This document shows positions 21,430-33,740 of a stretch of 64,000 nucleotides of DNA, piece after piece (within the stretch, counting starts at the first letter, position 1; every line of letters starts with the position of its first letter). Source of the stretch: Epiperipatus broadwayi (taxonomy: Eukaryota; Animalia; Onychophora); assembly GCA_028023455.1 (NCBI GenBank), contig JAQFVV010000007.1, positions 10,478,001 to 10,542,000 on the forward strand, in the 5' to 3' direction. A program made the position numbers and the translations under genes. The notes under the pieces were generated by a model. The model was not told the DNA's origin and made no database searches. It saw nothing but the letters and a program-made list of their open reading frames with translations.

Positions 21430-24170
21430 ATATATGCTTTATGAAGTTAGAAGAAAAGGAGAAGAAACAATTGATTTAAAAAGTGGACATATACTCTATT
21501 ATAAAGGCACACATATTGGAAATACAAATGGAGTAGGATTCATTATAAATAAAAAGTGGAAGAACAATATTGTGGAGATTGATGGTGTATCGGACAGAGT
21601 GGCAAGATTAGTTATACAACTTAATAGCAATACCAAATGCAGATAATTCAGGTTTATACCCCAACAAGTTCTCATAGTGATGAAGTAGTAGAAGATGTAC
21701 AAAAGGCTTTTGATCAGAGTAAACAACATTTTAAAATTGTTATGGGAGACGTTAATGCTAGAATTGGTAGACAAATGAAAGATGAAATTGCTGTAGGTAA
21801 TTTTGATTATGGTAATAGAAATGAGAGAGGACATAGACTTGTGGAGTTTGCAGAAAAAGAAAAACTTTATATTATGAATTCATTTTTTGAGAAAAATGTT
21901 AAAAGGAAATGGACATGGAAGCATCCAAATGAAGGTACAGCAGAATTGGATTATATTTTGACTAACAGAAAATACATATTTCAAGATTGTAATGTTCTTA
22001 ATAAATTTAACACAGGAAGTGATCATCGATTAGTAAGGTGTAAGTTACGTGTTAATGTAAAACTAGAGAGACAAAAATTATTAAGAAAAACAATATTTAC
22101 AGTTGATATTCCTAATCTTCAGAAACATTCTAATGAATTTAAATTAGAACTTACAAATAGGTTTCAAGTGTTAGGAGATTTTGAACATGATTCAGATTTG
22201 AATGAAATTAATATGAAAATAACTGATACACTTTTAAAAACTGCAACAAACATAGCTGGTAGAAAAAAGCAGCAATTGACTAATAAAATTTCTACTGAGA
22301 TTAAAGAATTTATGAAGAAAAGAAGGAATATGAAGATATACAAAAATGATGTATTAAAAAGAATTGAATATCTCGAATTTTGTAAAATGGTACGAAAAAG
22401 AGTTGAAAATGATATAAGAAAGTATAACTGTGAAATAGCAAGGAAAGCTGTAGAAGAAAATAAAAGTCTCAAAAATGTTAAACAACATTTTGGTATTGGT
22501 AGGAAATTTATATCTGCAATAAGAAAAAAAGATGGAATTATTACTAAAAAGAGAGATGACATCATGAAATTAGTAGAAGATTTTTATCAAGAATTATATA
22601 GTAATAAAGAACAAGTACCTTCTACATCTATTACATCTTCCAAATTGCCCAGAATTTTAAATGAAGAAGTGAGACATGCAATTAAGTGTATGAAGAAAGG
22701 AAAGGCTCCAGGAAATGATGGAATTATAATTGATATATTAAAAGAAGCAGGTGAAGAAATAGAAACAATTTTAGCAAAGTTATACACCAAATGTCTAAAT
22801 GATAAAGATGTACCAGAAGATTGGAAGAATGCAGTAATAATATTAATATTTAAAAAAGGTGATAAAGAAGATATTAGAAATTTCAGATCTATCAGCCTTT
22901 TATCAGTTTTATATAAAATTTTTACCAAAATAATTACAACTCGTCTACAGAGAACTTTGGATTTCCACCAACCAAGAGAACAAGCTGGATTTAAAAGTGG
23001 TTTTAGTACAATAGATCATATCCAGGTATTGAGAGAAGTCATAGAAAGGACAAATGAATATGAGTTGTCATTATGTTTTGGATTTGTAGATTATGAAAAG
23101 GCATTCGATTCTATACACATTTCTTCAGTGATTAAAGCATTGGATCATCAAGGTATAGATCCAGGATATTGTCATATTTTAAAGAATATTTATAAAAATG
23201 CAACAGCAACAATTAGATTACATAATGATACTGGAAAAATCAACATTGAGAAAGGTGTAAGACAAGGTGACTCCATATCTCCAAAACTCTTTACAGCAGT
23301 GCTGCAAGAAGTATTTTGTGGATTAAAATGGGAAACTAAAGGAGTGAAAGTAAATGGAGAGTATTTAAGTCATTTAGATTTCACAGATGATGTAGTTGTT
23401 TTTGCAAATAATGCTTCAGAGCTGCAGGAAATGTTGCAGGAGTTAGCAGATGAAAGTAGAAAAGTAGGACTAAAGATAAATGTTAAAAAGACTAGAGTAA
23501 TGTTTAATCGATTTGCTCAAAATACAAAAATAAAGATTGATTATGAAGAATTAGAAGAAGTTAATAGTTACAAATATCTTGGTCAGATTATTAATACAGA
23601 TGGAAACATAATGGAGGAAATTAATCATAGAATTAAACTTGGTTGGAGTGCTTTTGGTAGAAATAACTTGATACTAAAAGGAAATATGCCTATGTGTTTG
23701 AAAAGGATGGGTTTTAATAAATGTGTTTTACCAGTTCTTACTTATGGATCTGAGACTTGGACACTTAATAGAAGAGCAATACAGAGACTTCAGACCACTC
23801 AAAGGAGTATGGAGAGATGTATGTTGGGAGTAACAAGAAGAGATCGAAAATGCAATGTATGGGTAAGACAACAAACAGGTGTTACTCACCTTATTGAAAA
23901 AATTAAAAGATTGAAATGGAGTTGGGCTGGACATATTGCTAGAAGAGATAATAATAGATGGACAATTGAAATTTTAAACTGGATTCCAAGAGATTGTAAA
24001 AGACCCAGACAGAAAGAGACCACATGTGAGATGGATGGATGAAATAAGAAAATGTGCAGGGGTGTTGTGGAGAAGAGAAGCTAAAGATCAGAGAAGATGG
24101 ATTAAACTTGGAGAGACCTTCATCCTGCAGTGGATTGATAATGGTTGATGATGATGCTGATGATGATGAA
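21430..24170 (+). mobile_element. RTE-clade LINE, slightly 5'-truncated, (GAT)n tail
   Basis: APE (EVRR, GVGF, VY.PT, MGD.NA, LDYIL, SDHR) plus RT (KAPG.DG, NFRSISLL, EQAGF, DYEKAFDS, GVRQGDSISP, FTDD, YKYLG, KWSWAGH); RTE-type 3' microsatellite. Confidence 0.95.
21637..24042 (+). CDS. RTE ORF (APE-RT), 801-aa open segment
   Basis: Frameshift near 21640 joins it to the upstream APE frame (21416-21646). A 4-nt CAGA duplication near 24008 shifts the C-terminus (compare the 43060 copy). Confidence 0.9.
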   Translation: MQIIQVYTPTSSHSDEVVEDVQKAFDQSKQHFKIVMGDVNARIGRQMKDEIAVGNFDYGNRNERGHRLVEFAEKEKLYIMNSFFEKNVKRKWTWKHPNEGTAELDYILTNRKYIFQDCNVLNKFNTGSDHRLVRCKLRVNVKLERQKLLRKTIFTVDIPNLQKHSNEFKLELTNRFQVLGDFEHDSDLNEINMKITDTLLKTATNIAGRKKQQLTNKISTEIKEFMKKRRNMKIYKNDVLKRIEYLEFCKMVRKRVENDIRKYNCEIARKAVEENKSLKNVKQHFGIGRKFISAIRKKDGIITKKRDDIMKLVEDFYQELYSNKEQVPSTSITSSKLPRILNEEVRHAIKCMKKGKAPGNDGIIIDILKEAGEEIETILAKLYTKCLNDKDVPEDWKNAVIILIFKKGDKEDIRNFRSISLLSVLYKIFTKIITTRLQRTLDFHQPREQAGFKSGFSTIDHIQVLREVIERTNEYELSLCFGFVDYEKAFDSIHISSVIKALDHQGIDPGYCHILKNIYKNATATIRLHNDTGKINIEKGVRQGDSISPKLFTAVLQEVFCGLKWETKGVKVNGEYLSHLDFTDDVVVFANNASELQEMLQELADESRKVGLKINVKKTRVMFNRFAQNTKIKIDYEELEEVNSYKYLGQIINTDGNIMEEINHRIKLGWSAFGRNNLILKGNMPMCLKRMGFNKCVLPVLTYGSETWTLNRRAIQRLQTTQRSMERCMLGVTRRDRKCNVWVRQQTGVTHLIEKIKRLKWSWAGHIARRDNNRWTIEILNWIPRDCKRPRQKETTCEMDG

Positions 24171-25329
24171 TTGATAATTTATTGGAAACATCAAAGGTCA
24201 AATGTTATCTCTCTTTACTTGGATATTATCTCATTTCTATTCTTGATATATATAAATGGAAATGTATGAATAATACATAATGTTGTAGAAATTATTCACC
24301 AGTGTAGGATGAACTATGTCAACAGACACTGGTTCAAAGCATTGTCTTAATTTGACTATGCTTAGAAGATTTTAGACTTGTCAAATTTACATTATAATAT
24401 GCAATGAATGTTATTTCAATTTAGATTATTATGATCTTTTTATATTTATATATGCATTTTATTTATAAAATCTTGTTTTATGTTGTACTGCTTTAACTAA
24501 ATAATGTACATATGTAAAAATAATCATGGGATCATTATATTTAGATGTATGCCCTTGCCTTCGGTAATAAGACTGTAATGTGTAGTGATTGCTTTAACAG
24601 TTACCTAATCAATCCAGATTATAATAAAACTTACATCTCAGTTAAGACTAACTCCATCTAGTAACCAATATTAGATATTTATCTGACTAACTATGAGTCA
24701 ATTACTTGAAAGTATTTAAAGTTTGCTCAGAAAACATTGCAAAGATATTCCAAGCTTTACCTGGATATGAATTTCAAATCATGATCATTAAGGGTCAAAT
24801 CACAAACCACAACACTATAAGGTTTTTCATATAAATAATTTGTATACTATTAACTCTAATAGTTTATAGAGTTAATAGTTTATAATGTTTTTTAGTTTTT
24901 TTATTGTTATTTCCAAACACTAAACAGAATAGTGCTGCCTGATCTTTTATCCTGTTCATGCTGGTATTGTTCTTCACTGATATGACTTTAGTAATAATAT
25001 CTTTATATTTTTATTTTTGTACAAGTGATGTAAATTTATTTGCCCTTTGCATAAAGTAGAAGACTTATTACATATGCAATGATTTGAATTTATTTTCTCT
25101 TTGCGTAAAGTAATAGAGACTTTCCATATTATCTTTAATTAAAAAAAAGTTAAGTTTTAATTTAGTTTGAAAACCTATTTTTACATTGCAAATATATTTC
25201 ATTTATCCCAAAGATATTTTTATTAATTTACTGCTTCTAATAGTATCTAAAAGTACTGTAAAAGTACATTTATCAGTTTCATTTGGAATGATTATTAATT
25301 GTAAATATTTTTGTGTTATTATTGTCTAT

Positions 25330-25665
25330 ATAATATAATTTTTAATTTTACTATATACAATGTGGGATTTGAGCGTTCCATCATCAGATTTTTAATGAAA
25401 TGAACGGCAGAAGAGTTGTGGGGTGGAGTGTATTGAAGCGTGTCCATTAAAGTATGGAGATTGGCTATCTTAATATAAGCTGAGCATTGATTGTATATAT
25501 GTGTGGAGATGATAATCTGGACCAACTGATGAGTGCTGGTTTAGCACGTAATGCCTATATTGGTGATTATTTAGCTTTTTGACCAGTGTGTCAGCAGTAT
25601 GAAATTGTATGAATAGTTGAGGGTCGGGTGAAAGTCTGAGTTCAAACCTCTATATATTACATATT
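25330..25665 (+). mobile_element. Family B copy with HHR at 25521-25564
   Basis: accaa CTGATGA GTGCT ggttt AGCAC GtAA tgcctat a ttggt. Confidence 0.75.
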
Positions 25666-25818
25666 GGAGTGCAGGTATGAAAAAGCTTGTACTGTAGAAA
25701 AAATTTATATATTAAAATATAAATGCAGTTTTACTTCCCGTTATTATGTAAACAAACACACACTTATAAATAAAGTTTAATGGAGAAGATATAATTTAAT
25801 TAGTAAATATATATATAT

Positions 25819-25860
25819 AGTCTTAACGTTTTCGAAGATGCATGCCCCATAATCATAGCT
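25819..25860 (-). ncRNA. Hammerhead with variant A3-U8 core
   Basis: agct ATGATTA t GGGG catgcat CTTC GAA AACGTT A agact. Confidence 0.7.
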
Positions 25861-27475
25861 GTAATAAAACGCATATAGAAAAATTTATGCAAAAATATTT
25901 ATATTAATGATGTGTTATGTAGCCCATTTCTTCAAAATCTAGAAGCACATATCCTTTCTATTGATGACGTGAATATTTCCATGAATATAGAATGCTTCCT
26001 TGATTTTTCTCTTGTGATCATTGGATTCAGTGCATAAGATTACAGGATTGGCAGGTGTAAAGTCATTCCTAGAGTTTTTGGCATGTTCCAAAAATACAGA
26101 CGATGAGTTATTGTTCTTTTGAGATCTGTTATAAGTATATAGGTGTTGAGCAAGTCTGGTGTTGATGATAGCTTTGGTCTCACTGTAATATATGGCATGG
26201 CATCTGGCATTATGGCAGGATATGGAGTATACAACATGAGGGGTGAGCTATTGATCAATATGATCTTTTGAATTGTTGATTAATCTGTTAGAATTAGATG
26301 GAGTTTTGAATCCAATTTTAAATTTATTGGTTAATGCTTTTGTTATTCTGTTAGAAATCTTGGGAATAAAAGGGATGATGATTCTAGGTAGATCAGTATG
26401 AGGAGCGATATTGTTTATTCTATTATGAAATTTTATAATTTTATTTTTAATCGGTTTAAATTTGAAGCCTGCTGCCAGTAAGTCTTTAATGAAATTATTG
26501 ATATTTTTTTCCTGTCTACTTTGTATTTGCATAGATGCAAGTTTCTGAATAAAAATGCGTTTAAACCAGTAAATTTATGCGATGCGGGTAAGTTAATTTA
26601 GGGTGAATGCAGCTTCGAATTTCAAAGGGTTTAACTATCATTTTGTAATCTATTATATGATTGTTTCTTGATAAAGTGAGATCAAGATATTTAATTTCAC
26701 TGTTGCTATTTTCGTGTATGAAGCTAAGTGATAGTTTAGTTAGATTTTCAAGTTCGTGTTTTATATTCAATATATTATCCCTAGAGACAGTGATAAAAAT
26801 ATTATCCACATAACACATATATGTAAAGTCTTGATTGGTATTATAATATTTTGGTGTAATCGATTGTTCGAATTTATTTAAGTAAATACTTGACAAAACA
26901 CCACTAATTGGGCAACCCATGGGCCATCCATCTTTCATAGTATACTATCTGTTTTCAAAAAGTGTGAAAATGTGCGAATCCAGCCATGACAAGAAAGCAA
27001 CAATAAATTTAGCTCTTTCGTTAGGGCAATGTGCTAACAATAGTTCCTCATGCACTATTTGGATAGATGTCTTTATGTCGATGGATCCATACAATTCTTT
27101 CACATCCATTGTAGCCATAGTGGATATTTGTGTAAATCTGATGTTTTTGATTTTAGAAATGAATTGAAGAATTGATGGTATATAAGCCAAAGTTAAGTTA
27201 GTCTATCAGCAAGTGATTGATTAGTTTGGCTGTTTCAAAATAATGCATGCCGCAAAAATCCATTATCAATCTTTACACCTATCAATCCTTTAATCTTATG
27301 CACTGAATCCAATTATCACAATAGAAAAAAAACAAGGAAGCATTCTACATTCATGGAAATATTCATACCAGCAATAGAAAGCATACTTGTTTTGGGATTT
27401 TGAAGAAATGGGCTATGTAACACATCATTAATTTAAATATTTTTGCATAAATTTTCCTATGTGCATTTAATAACA

Positions 27476-27514
27476 GCTATGATTATGAGGCATGGATCCT
27501 CAAAAATGTTAAGC
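27476..27514 (+). ncRNA. Hammerhead with variant A3-U8 core, CpG-decayed
   Basis: gct ATGATTA t GAGG catggat CCTC aAA AAtGTT A agc. Confidence 0.65.
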
Positions 27515-28299
27515 CTATATGTATTTACTAATTAAATTATATCTTTTCTATTAAATTTTATATTAAAATATAGTAAATTATAGTATGCATTTAAAAAAAA
27601 AAAAAACTTTCCAAATTTTATAACCATAAAAATAATAATTTGAATACAAATGATTTAATAATTTTTATTATTGTTTTTATTTGTAACTTTAGATGCATGG
27701 TAATAATTAATATATAAACCAGTGAATGCTGGTGTCCTTATGAAAAGAAATGTGATCTAGTAACACAAAATTACATAAGTTTACAATAAAAACATGAAAC
27801 GCTAAAACCTTTGACAGAAGCACCTTGAAATGCTTATGTGACATCCAATCAGATGTAATAATGACTGCATGTAGAACTCTCAATTCAAGAACACAAGCCA
27901 AACACAAGAAAAATTTAAAAATTACCCAATTTGATTTGCAAGGGTCAATTTTTCTATACCCATAACTTTAATATTATCCACATAAAAAATATGTTAATAA
28001 TTTTTACAAACAACTTAGTAAACTAGAGATTATTATATTATTTCAAGATAAGATATGAACTTTAATTTCAGTTAAAGATTGATATGGGTAGTAAGCCTCA
28101 ATAAAAATATAACTGGGGCACTGCAGGCAGCTTGAAGTGAGAAACAGCCATTTTTTTACTGGTACAGACTTTGTATCATCTCATGATGAAACAGAAGATT
28201 TAAATATTAATGGGATTTGAACTGTTGTTTTATCTATTAATGCAATTTTGGATTTAATAGTTGATTTCCTTATTGATTGCAGTAGTGTAGCCTTGTTCT

Positions 28300-30500
28300 C
28301 AGTTTTCTGATTACTTCAACAATTTCTCATAGTTTACTATTGTGTAACTGATTGATTAATTTCTAAATATAGTATACTATTAAGTTGAAGTATTGAATAA
28401 ACAGATCATTTATTTTAATCCTATAGTTGTTCATATTTTTTGAGAACTCTTAAGTAGCGATATGAGGTGCTAGATTGATATAATTATCTACATGGGAATG
28501 ACTACAATATCAAATACAATAAAGACTTTGAATATTCCACAATCCATTTTTCAATGAAATGGGTGGTTGAATAGTTAAAAAGGTGAGGAGATTGAAGCAT
28601 GTTCATTAAAATTTAAGTAATTGCTTCCTTAATATATGCTGAGAACTGATTGTATGTATGTGTGGAAGGTTGTGATCTGGCCCAACTGATGAGTATTGGT
28701 TCTGCACAAAATACTTATATTAGGGATCATTCACATGTATGTGGTCAGGTGTATCAGTTGCTTGAAATGGAGTGGAAGATGAATATAAACAGAAAAATTC
28801 TAAGTTCAAATCCCTTTACTTACATATATAAGAAACATTTAGTATAAGAAAATTACACATTACCTTAGAAATAATTGTATTTTTATATTGGACTATTTCC
28901 ATCATCTAATATGAGTATTGAATATCTTTAAAAAATAACTTTATTTAAATAATCCAAATACATTTAACTGTTAGTAATAGCACATCAAACAGGTTAGTAG
29001 ATGCACCACATTTCAAGAGATATTATTCTCTCCTCTTCTTCAGGTGTTGCTGGCCTGACCAGTAACATTACTAGCATGGGATTCGAACCTAAACCCTTAA
29101 ATTTTTGAATATTGAATTTTAAGGTAACACTCTAACCAACAGTGCCATCCTGCCAAAGGCAACAGTCAGTAGAAATTTTATATATTTATAAATGAGATTT
29201 CTCCACTTTTTCCTACAAGAAAAGCTGATTAATGATTTCCATATATTAAGTATAGCCACACTAGGTTGGCTTAAAGGATTTTTGCCATTGTCATGTGAGC
29301 AGATTCTTTAAATTTTCTTTGTACTTTTCTTCTCTATCCAATATTTTTGTATTTTCCTAATTGAATATATGTTCATTGACATATATATGGTCTGCTATCT
29401 TACACATATCAATTTTCTCTCTTCTAATCATCAGCTTGTGTTTTACAAGTGCTTTTCAATGGGTTGACTGGTCTAACCAATATATGTTCTTCCACATTGA
29501 CATGGTATTTCATAGATGCCATTGTTTCTTTTCAGCATTTCATATTTAGGCTTTGTAGATGTTAGAATTTCTTATAGTGTGGTATGGCTCCGAAAAGCTG
29601 TTCTAATATTATACTGATTGCAGATTTTTCTTAATTTGAGTGCTATTTTTGAAATGTATGAGTACACTATAGTACCAAAAGTTATTTTTTCTCTTGATGG
29701 GAACCTCATAGATAAGTATATGAAATTTCTACTGACCATTGCCTTTGGCAGGATGGCTCAGTTGGTTAGAGCATTACCTTAAAATTCAATGCTCAAGAAT
29801 CTAAGGGTCCAGGTTTGAATTCCATGCCAATAATGTCTTTGGTCAGGTCATCAATATCTGAAGAAGAGAGGAGAATAATATTTCTCAAAATGTGTGCATA
29901 TACTAATTTGTTTGATGTGCTATTACTAACCATTGTGTAAATTTGGAATATTTAAATAGAGTTAAATTTTTCTAAAGACATTAAATACTCATATTAGATG
30001 ATGGAAATAGTCAAATATAAAAATACAACTAAAACACCATCATCACAAACCTTCATGAATACCTTGGAAATATATTACATCATAGTATAAGTTCAGCCTA
30101 TTCCTCTCCTATTAATATATATGGATACATAATGGTATAATATTAGAAAAGGTTATTAATCTAATGTCTACATGGGTATGACTATAATATTAAATTTAAT
30201 AAGGGCATTTAGCATTTCTTCATCAGTTTTTAGTGAAATGGGTGAATTAATAATTGGAAGGGTGAGAAGATTGATGCCTGTCTATTAAAGTTTAAGGAAT
30301 TTCTATCTTAATATAAGCCAAACATTGATTGTATATATGTGTGGGATATTATAATATGGGAGAACTGATGAGTGCTGGTTCTGCATGAAGTATGTAAATT
30401 GGATATCACCTATCTTTTTTGCATGTATGTAGTCAGGTATATCATTGCTTGAAATGGAAGGGAGGATTAATATACACTGAAAAATCCTAAGTTCAAACTT
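28300..30500 (+). mobile_element. Two tandem family B units (HHRs at 28681-28724 and 30361-30402) interrupted by the family K insertion
   Basis: Both show ctacatggg.atgacta.aatat...gagga.attgaagc...aa CTGATGA GT..T ggttc TGCA(c/t)...taagttcaaa. Confidence 0.7.
28874..30059. mobile_element. Family K PLE fold-back: minus arm GIY-YIG ORF end, tRNA-like cassette, HHR; plus arm tRNA-like cassette, HHR
   Basis: TSD TACCTT(A/G)GAAATA at 28861-28873 and 30060-30072. Minus-strand GIYEIPCQCGRTYIG. HHRs at 29004-29047 and 29855-29897. Confidence 0.88.
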
Positions 30501-31949
30501 TTTATTTGATAATTTTTACCTTTATTCTTTATTTTTTTTCAGAAATTTTGAATTATTCATTAGAAATATATGTTTATAAATGAAAATTATTAAAAAAAAA
30601 AATTCAACTTTTCAAATATAGAAAAAAAAAATCAATCTGTTCATATAACAAGACACCATATTACATTTTTAAAGGATTGATTAAAGATAGAGTTTTCATT
30701 ATAACTTCAGATTTAACAATATTAGAGAAAAATCTTTTATGTTGCCAAAAAAAAAAAAATGAAATGGCAAGGGTAAAATAAGGCTAAAAATTAGTAGTTA
30801 CCATTATAAAACCAAGGAGAAAAAAACAATTTAATATTTTGAAAAAATATTACTTTATTGTTTGTTCAGAATTTCTAATTTATGATAAATAAGTTTTTGA
30901 ATTACATTTGCATTGATAATTTCATTATATTCCTTATAAAATTCTGATTAAACATATATAATATTGTACTTTTTATCTGTGATTATTTATAGCTTCAGTA
31001 CTTACAAAAATAGGAATTTGAATATACTTTACTTTTACTTATACTTCAGAAATTAAGTCTCAAGGTGTTTATATAAAACATGTTTCTCCCTAATAAAAGA
31101 TAGAAGAAATAAATATCAACCAATCAATAATTATTGTAAATTAAATATTATGAAATTATCTTTAACAAATCATGATAAATCAAAAAAAAAATCAATCAGC
31201 AAACGATACAGTTAAAATAAATGGAGTTGGGTAGGTAAAATCACCAACTGATATTACTTATCATTATAAATACAATAAAGAAGTAAAAACACATATAATG
31301 AAGTTGGCATCGAATTTTAATAAGAAAAGCAATCAGGCAGTCATGTGCATTTCAAGTATAAAATGAAGTTAATAAAAACAAAATTAGTAAAACAAAGATG
31401 TAAACAAAGTAAAACATCATTAAACAAATTTATTAAAACAAAGTTAATAAAACAAAAATTAATAAAAAAACAAGTGAGAATAATATAAAAACTACTAAGA
31501 CAATAAATTGTAACTAGTGTCTTCAGGGCATTAATTATTCAGTTTTTATTTGGGCTGGTAGGTAAAGCAAATCAACAAAACTTTATTTTTTATCTACTGC
31601 AATGCAGAATAATAAAAATGATAATACTTTTTAATATCAGAACTATCTGACACCATGTAAAAATCACTGTTAAATTGAATCCACCTAAAATATAAAATCA
31701 AAAGATTACTAATGGCTGATAGCTTACCATTAATATTCCTTGTAAAAGTTATTGGTCATGCTGCAAAACAAATAAAACAATAAAAATACAGATGTAACTT
31801 ATTCATTAGAACTATTCAAGTCATATCCTCATTTGAGAATGAAGTAGAGACATTTGGATTTCTTTGGAGCATAAATGCTAATTCACATTCCTCATTAGTC
31901 CATTTGTGATGAAGTGACACAAAGTGACATTAGAAATAAAGGTGGTACA

Positions 31950-32560
31950 ACAGAGTTAAAATCACTTTCACATTTTTAGTTTGATAAATGCAAATCATCC
32001 TCAGAAAGTTATTGTGAAGAGTACCAATCCACATACGAAACAGTTAAACTAAGTTTCAAGCCCTACTTTTTGCAGACTTAGCATACAATATTTATACATT
32101 GGAATGTTATGGTAACATAGATCTATACATGGCTACCATGTGATTGCTGTTCCAGATGTGGAAATACATAGCTATTTGGATCACATTTTCTTATTAAAGT
32201 ATATCTATAGATTAACATATGAGAAAATGCTCTTGAAAATAGTAAATTTGTTATAGCTTTCAGATTTTTAGGTGTTATATAAATGGAATAAAAATGTAAG
32301 CATTGGAGATTGTTGTGTCAAAACAGTGTCAGAATGGTCACAAGGGCCATCACTTGGACTTATTATTACTCTAACAGTATTAAGTCCAGATTTGATTGGC
32401 CATGTCAATGCCACCCATGTAGTTGTTATACATTTTACTGGTTGTGAACAAGGATATGTTTGTCACAATCCATCTTTATTTTTTGATTGACAACACTTCC
32501 AGAAGGTGGATATAAAATCCACACTAGAAATTAAAGGCCACTGTCTTTATTGATGAGAAA
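31950..32560 (-). mobile_element. piggyBac transposase relic, C-terminal part
   Basis: PCSQPVKMYNNYMGGIDMANQ...SK*WP..F..FDTTISNAYI and cysteine-rich KYC...ET*FNCFVCGLVL. Confidence 0.8.
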
Positions 32561-33564
32561 ATAAGAGTCTTTTCTTTTCATTTTATATATTTTTGGACCC
32601 TTCAGTGATGCTATATGGAATATCTTTCCTTGTTATATTTATTGTTCCAAAGAAATATAATATATTTTCATATACAACTTAATTTTTTTTTTACACAATA
32701 GATTGGTTCCTGAAAATTATGTGTAAAAGAAATTCATGTAAAAACATACATTTTATATATGGAAAATAAGAAGATTGATTCTGGACCTAAGAAATCAATG
32801 AAAATAATTAAATAAACCATATGAAAAATTTTATTAGAATGTTATATTTTTTGTGTTATAAAATTTTACTTCATAAACATTGAACATAACATAAAAGACG
32901 ACTTATAAAAACATAAATTCCATTTGAAAAATAAAGAAACTTGAAAATGATAACACAATGCAACAGTGCTTGATTTCTCTACATAAGCCATCAAAAACTT
33001 TAAAGTTCAAAGTATATTGTCACTTCCACATTATATAAAAAAAGGAAATAAAAATTATTAAGGTAATTTGTTATTTTTATTTTATTTAACATTAATTTTT
33101 TTTTAATTAAGAACTAACACATTCAAAAAGAGAAATTGTAGGCCCCTGAAACTGTATATTTATAAAAAAAAAAGGGTGACATCTTGCTTGCTCATAAAAT
33201 GGAAAAGTACCCAAAATATTACTCACTTTTCATGCATACATTTGTGCGTGATTGGAATACCATTGCTATCATTAAAACTTGCAATGTATAACTTACCATC
33301 TATTGATTTTTGGCATAATTAATAAATATAAATTTAAGTAAATTAATTAATTAAATAAAAAAAATAATTTTAACATCAATATCAACAACATTAAAAAAAA
33401 ATGTGAAAATGCATTCAAAGCATCAATACCAAACAGGTACTTTCCTTTCAAAACAAAACATCAAAAACATACAATGCTTGACAAGTAATTCTTAGATTGT
33501 CTTAAGTTCTTAGTGAACTTTTTTAATTCTAAATTTTATGTAAATAATATTTTTTAGAAGATTG

Positions 33565-33695
33565 TAAATGTCACATGATCACAATTTCTTATGCTTGCTC
33601 ATAACTGTTATTAAAACAGGCAAAAATCTCCATGCAGAAGTCCTACTCAGTGCAAGCCAGAGTAATCAATGGATGCCAGAAGGTCTGTGCATAAA
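33565..33695 (-). mobile_element. Family A 3' tail fragment, no HHR
   Basis: tcacatgatcacaatttcttatgcttgctcataactgttattaaaacaggcaaaa...gagtaatcaatggatgccagaagg. Confidence 0.75.
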
Positions 33696-33740
33696 AAAAA
33701 TTCAATAAGAATTTAAGAAAATCTAAGAATTACTTGTCAA

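Larger units (their letters stand above)
25776..27555 (-). mobile_element. Penelope-like element (RT plus GIY-YIG, disrupted) flanked by inverted pseudo-LTRs
   Basis: DVKELYGSI, GWPMGCPIS, YVDN, KYLDL and GIY-YIG-like VYSISC...YYSET. Inverted arms about 25776-26050 and 27280-27555. Confidence 0.9.

Noticed and set aside
22164-23934. Minus ORFs 22164-22565, 22587-22928, 23728-23934 and similar short ORFs overlapping TEs
   Set aside because: Antisense shadows of TE coding frames.
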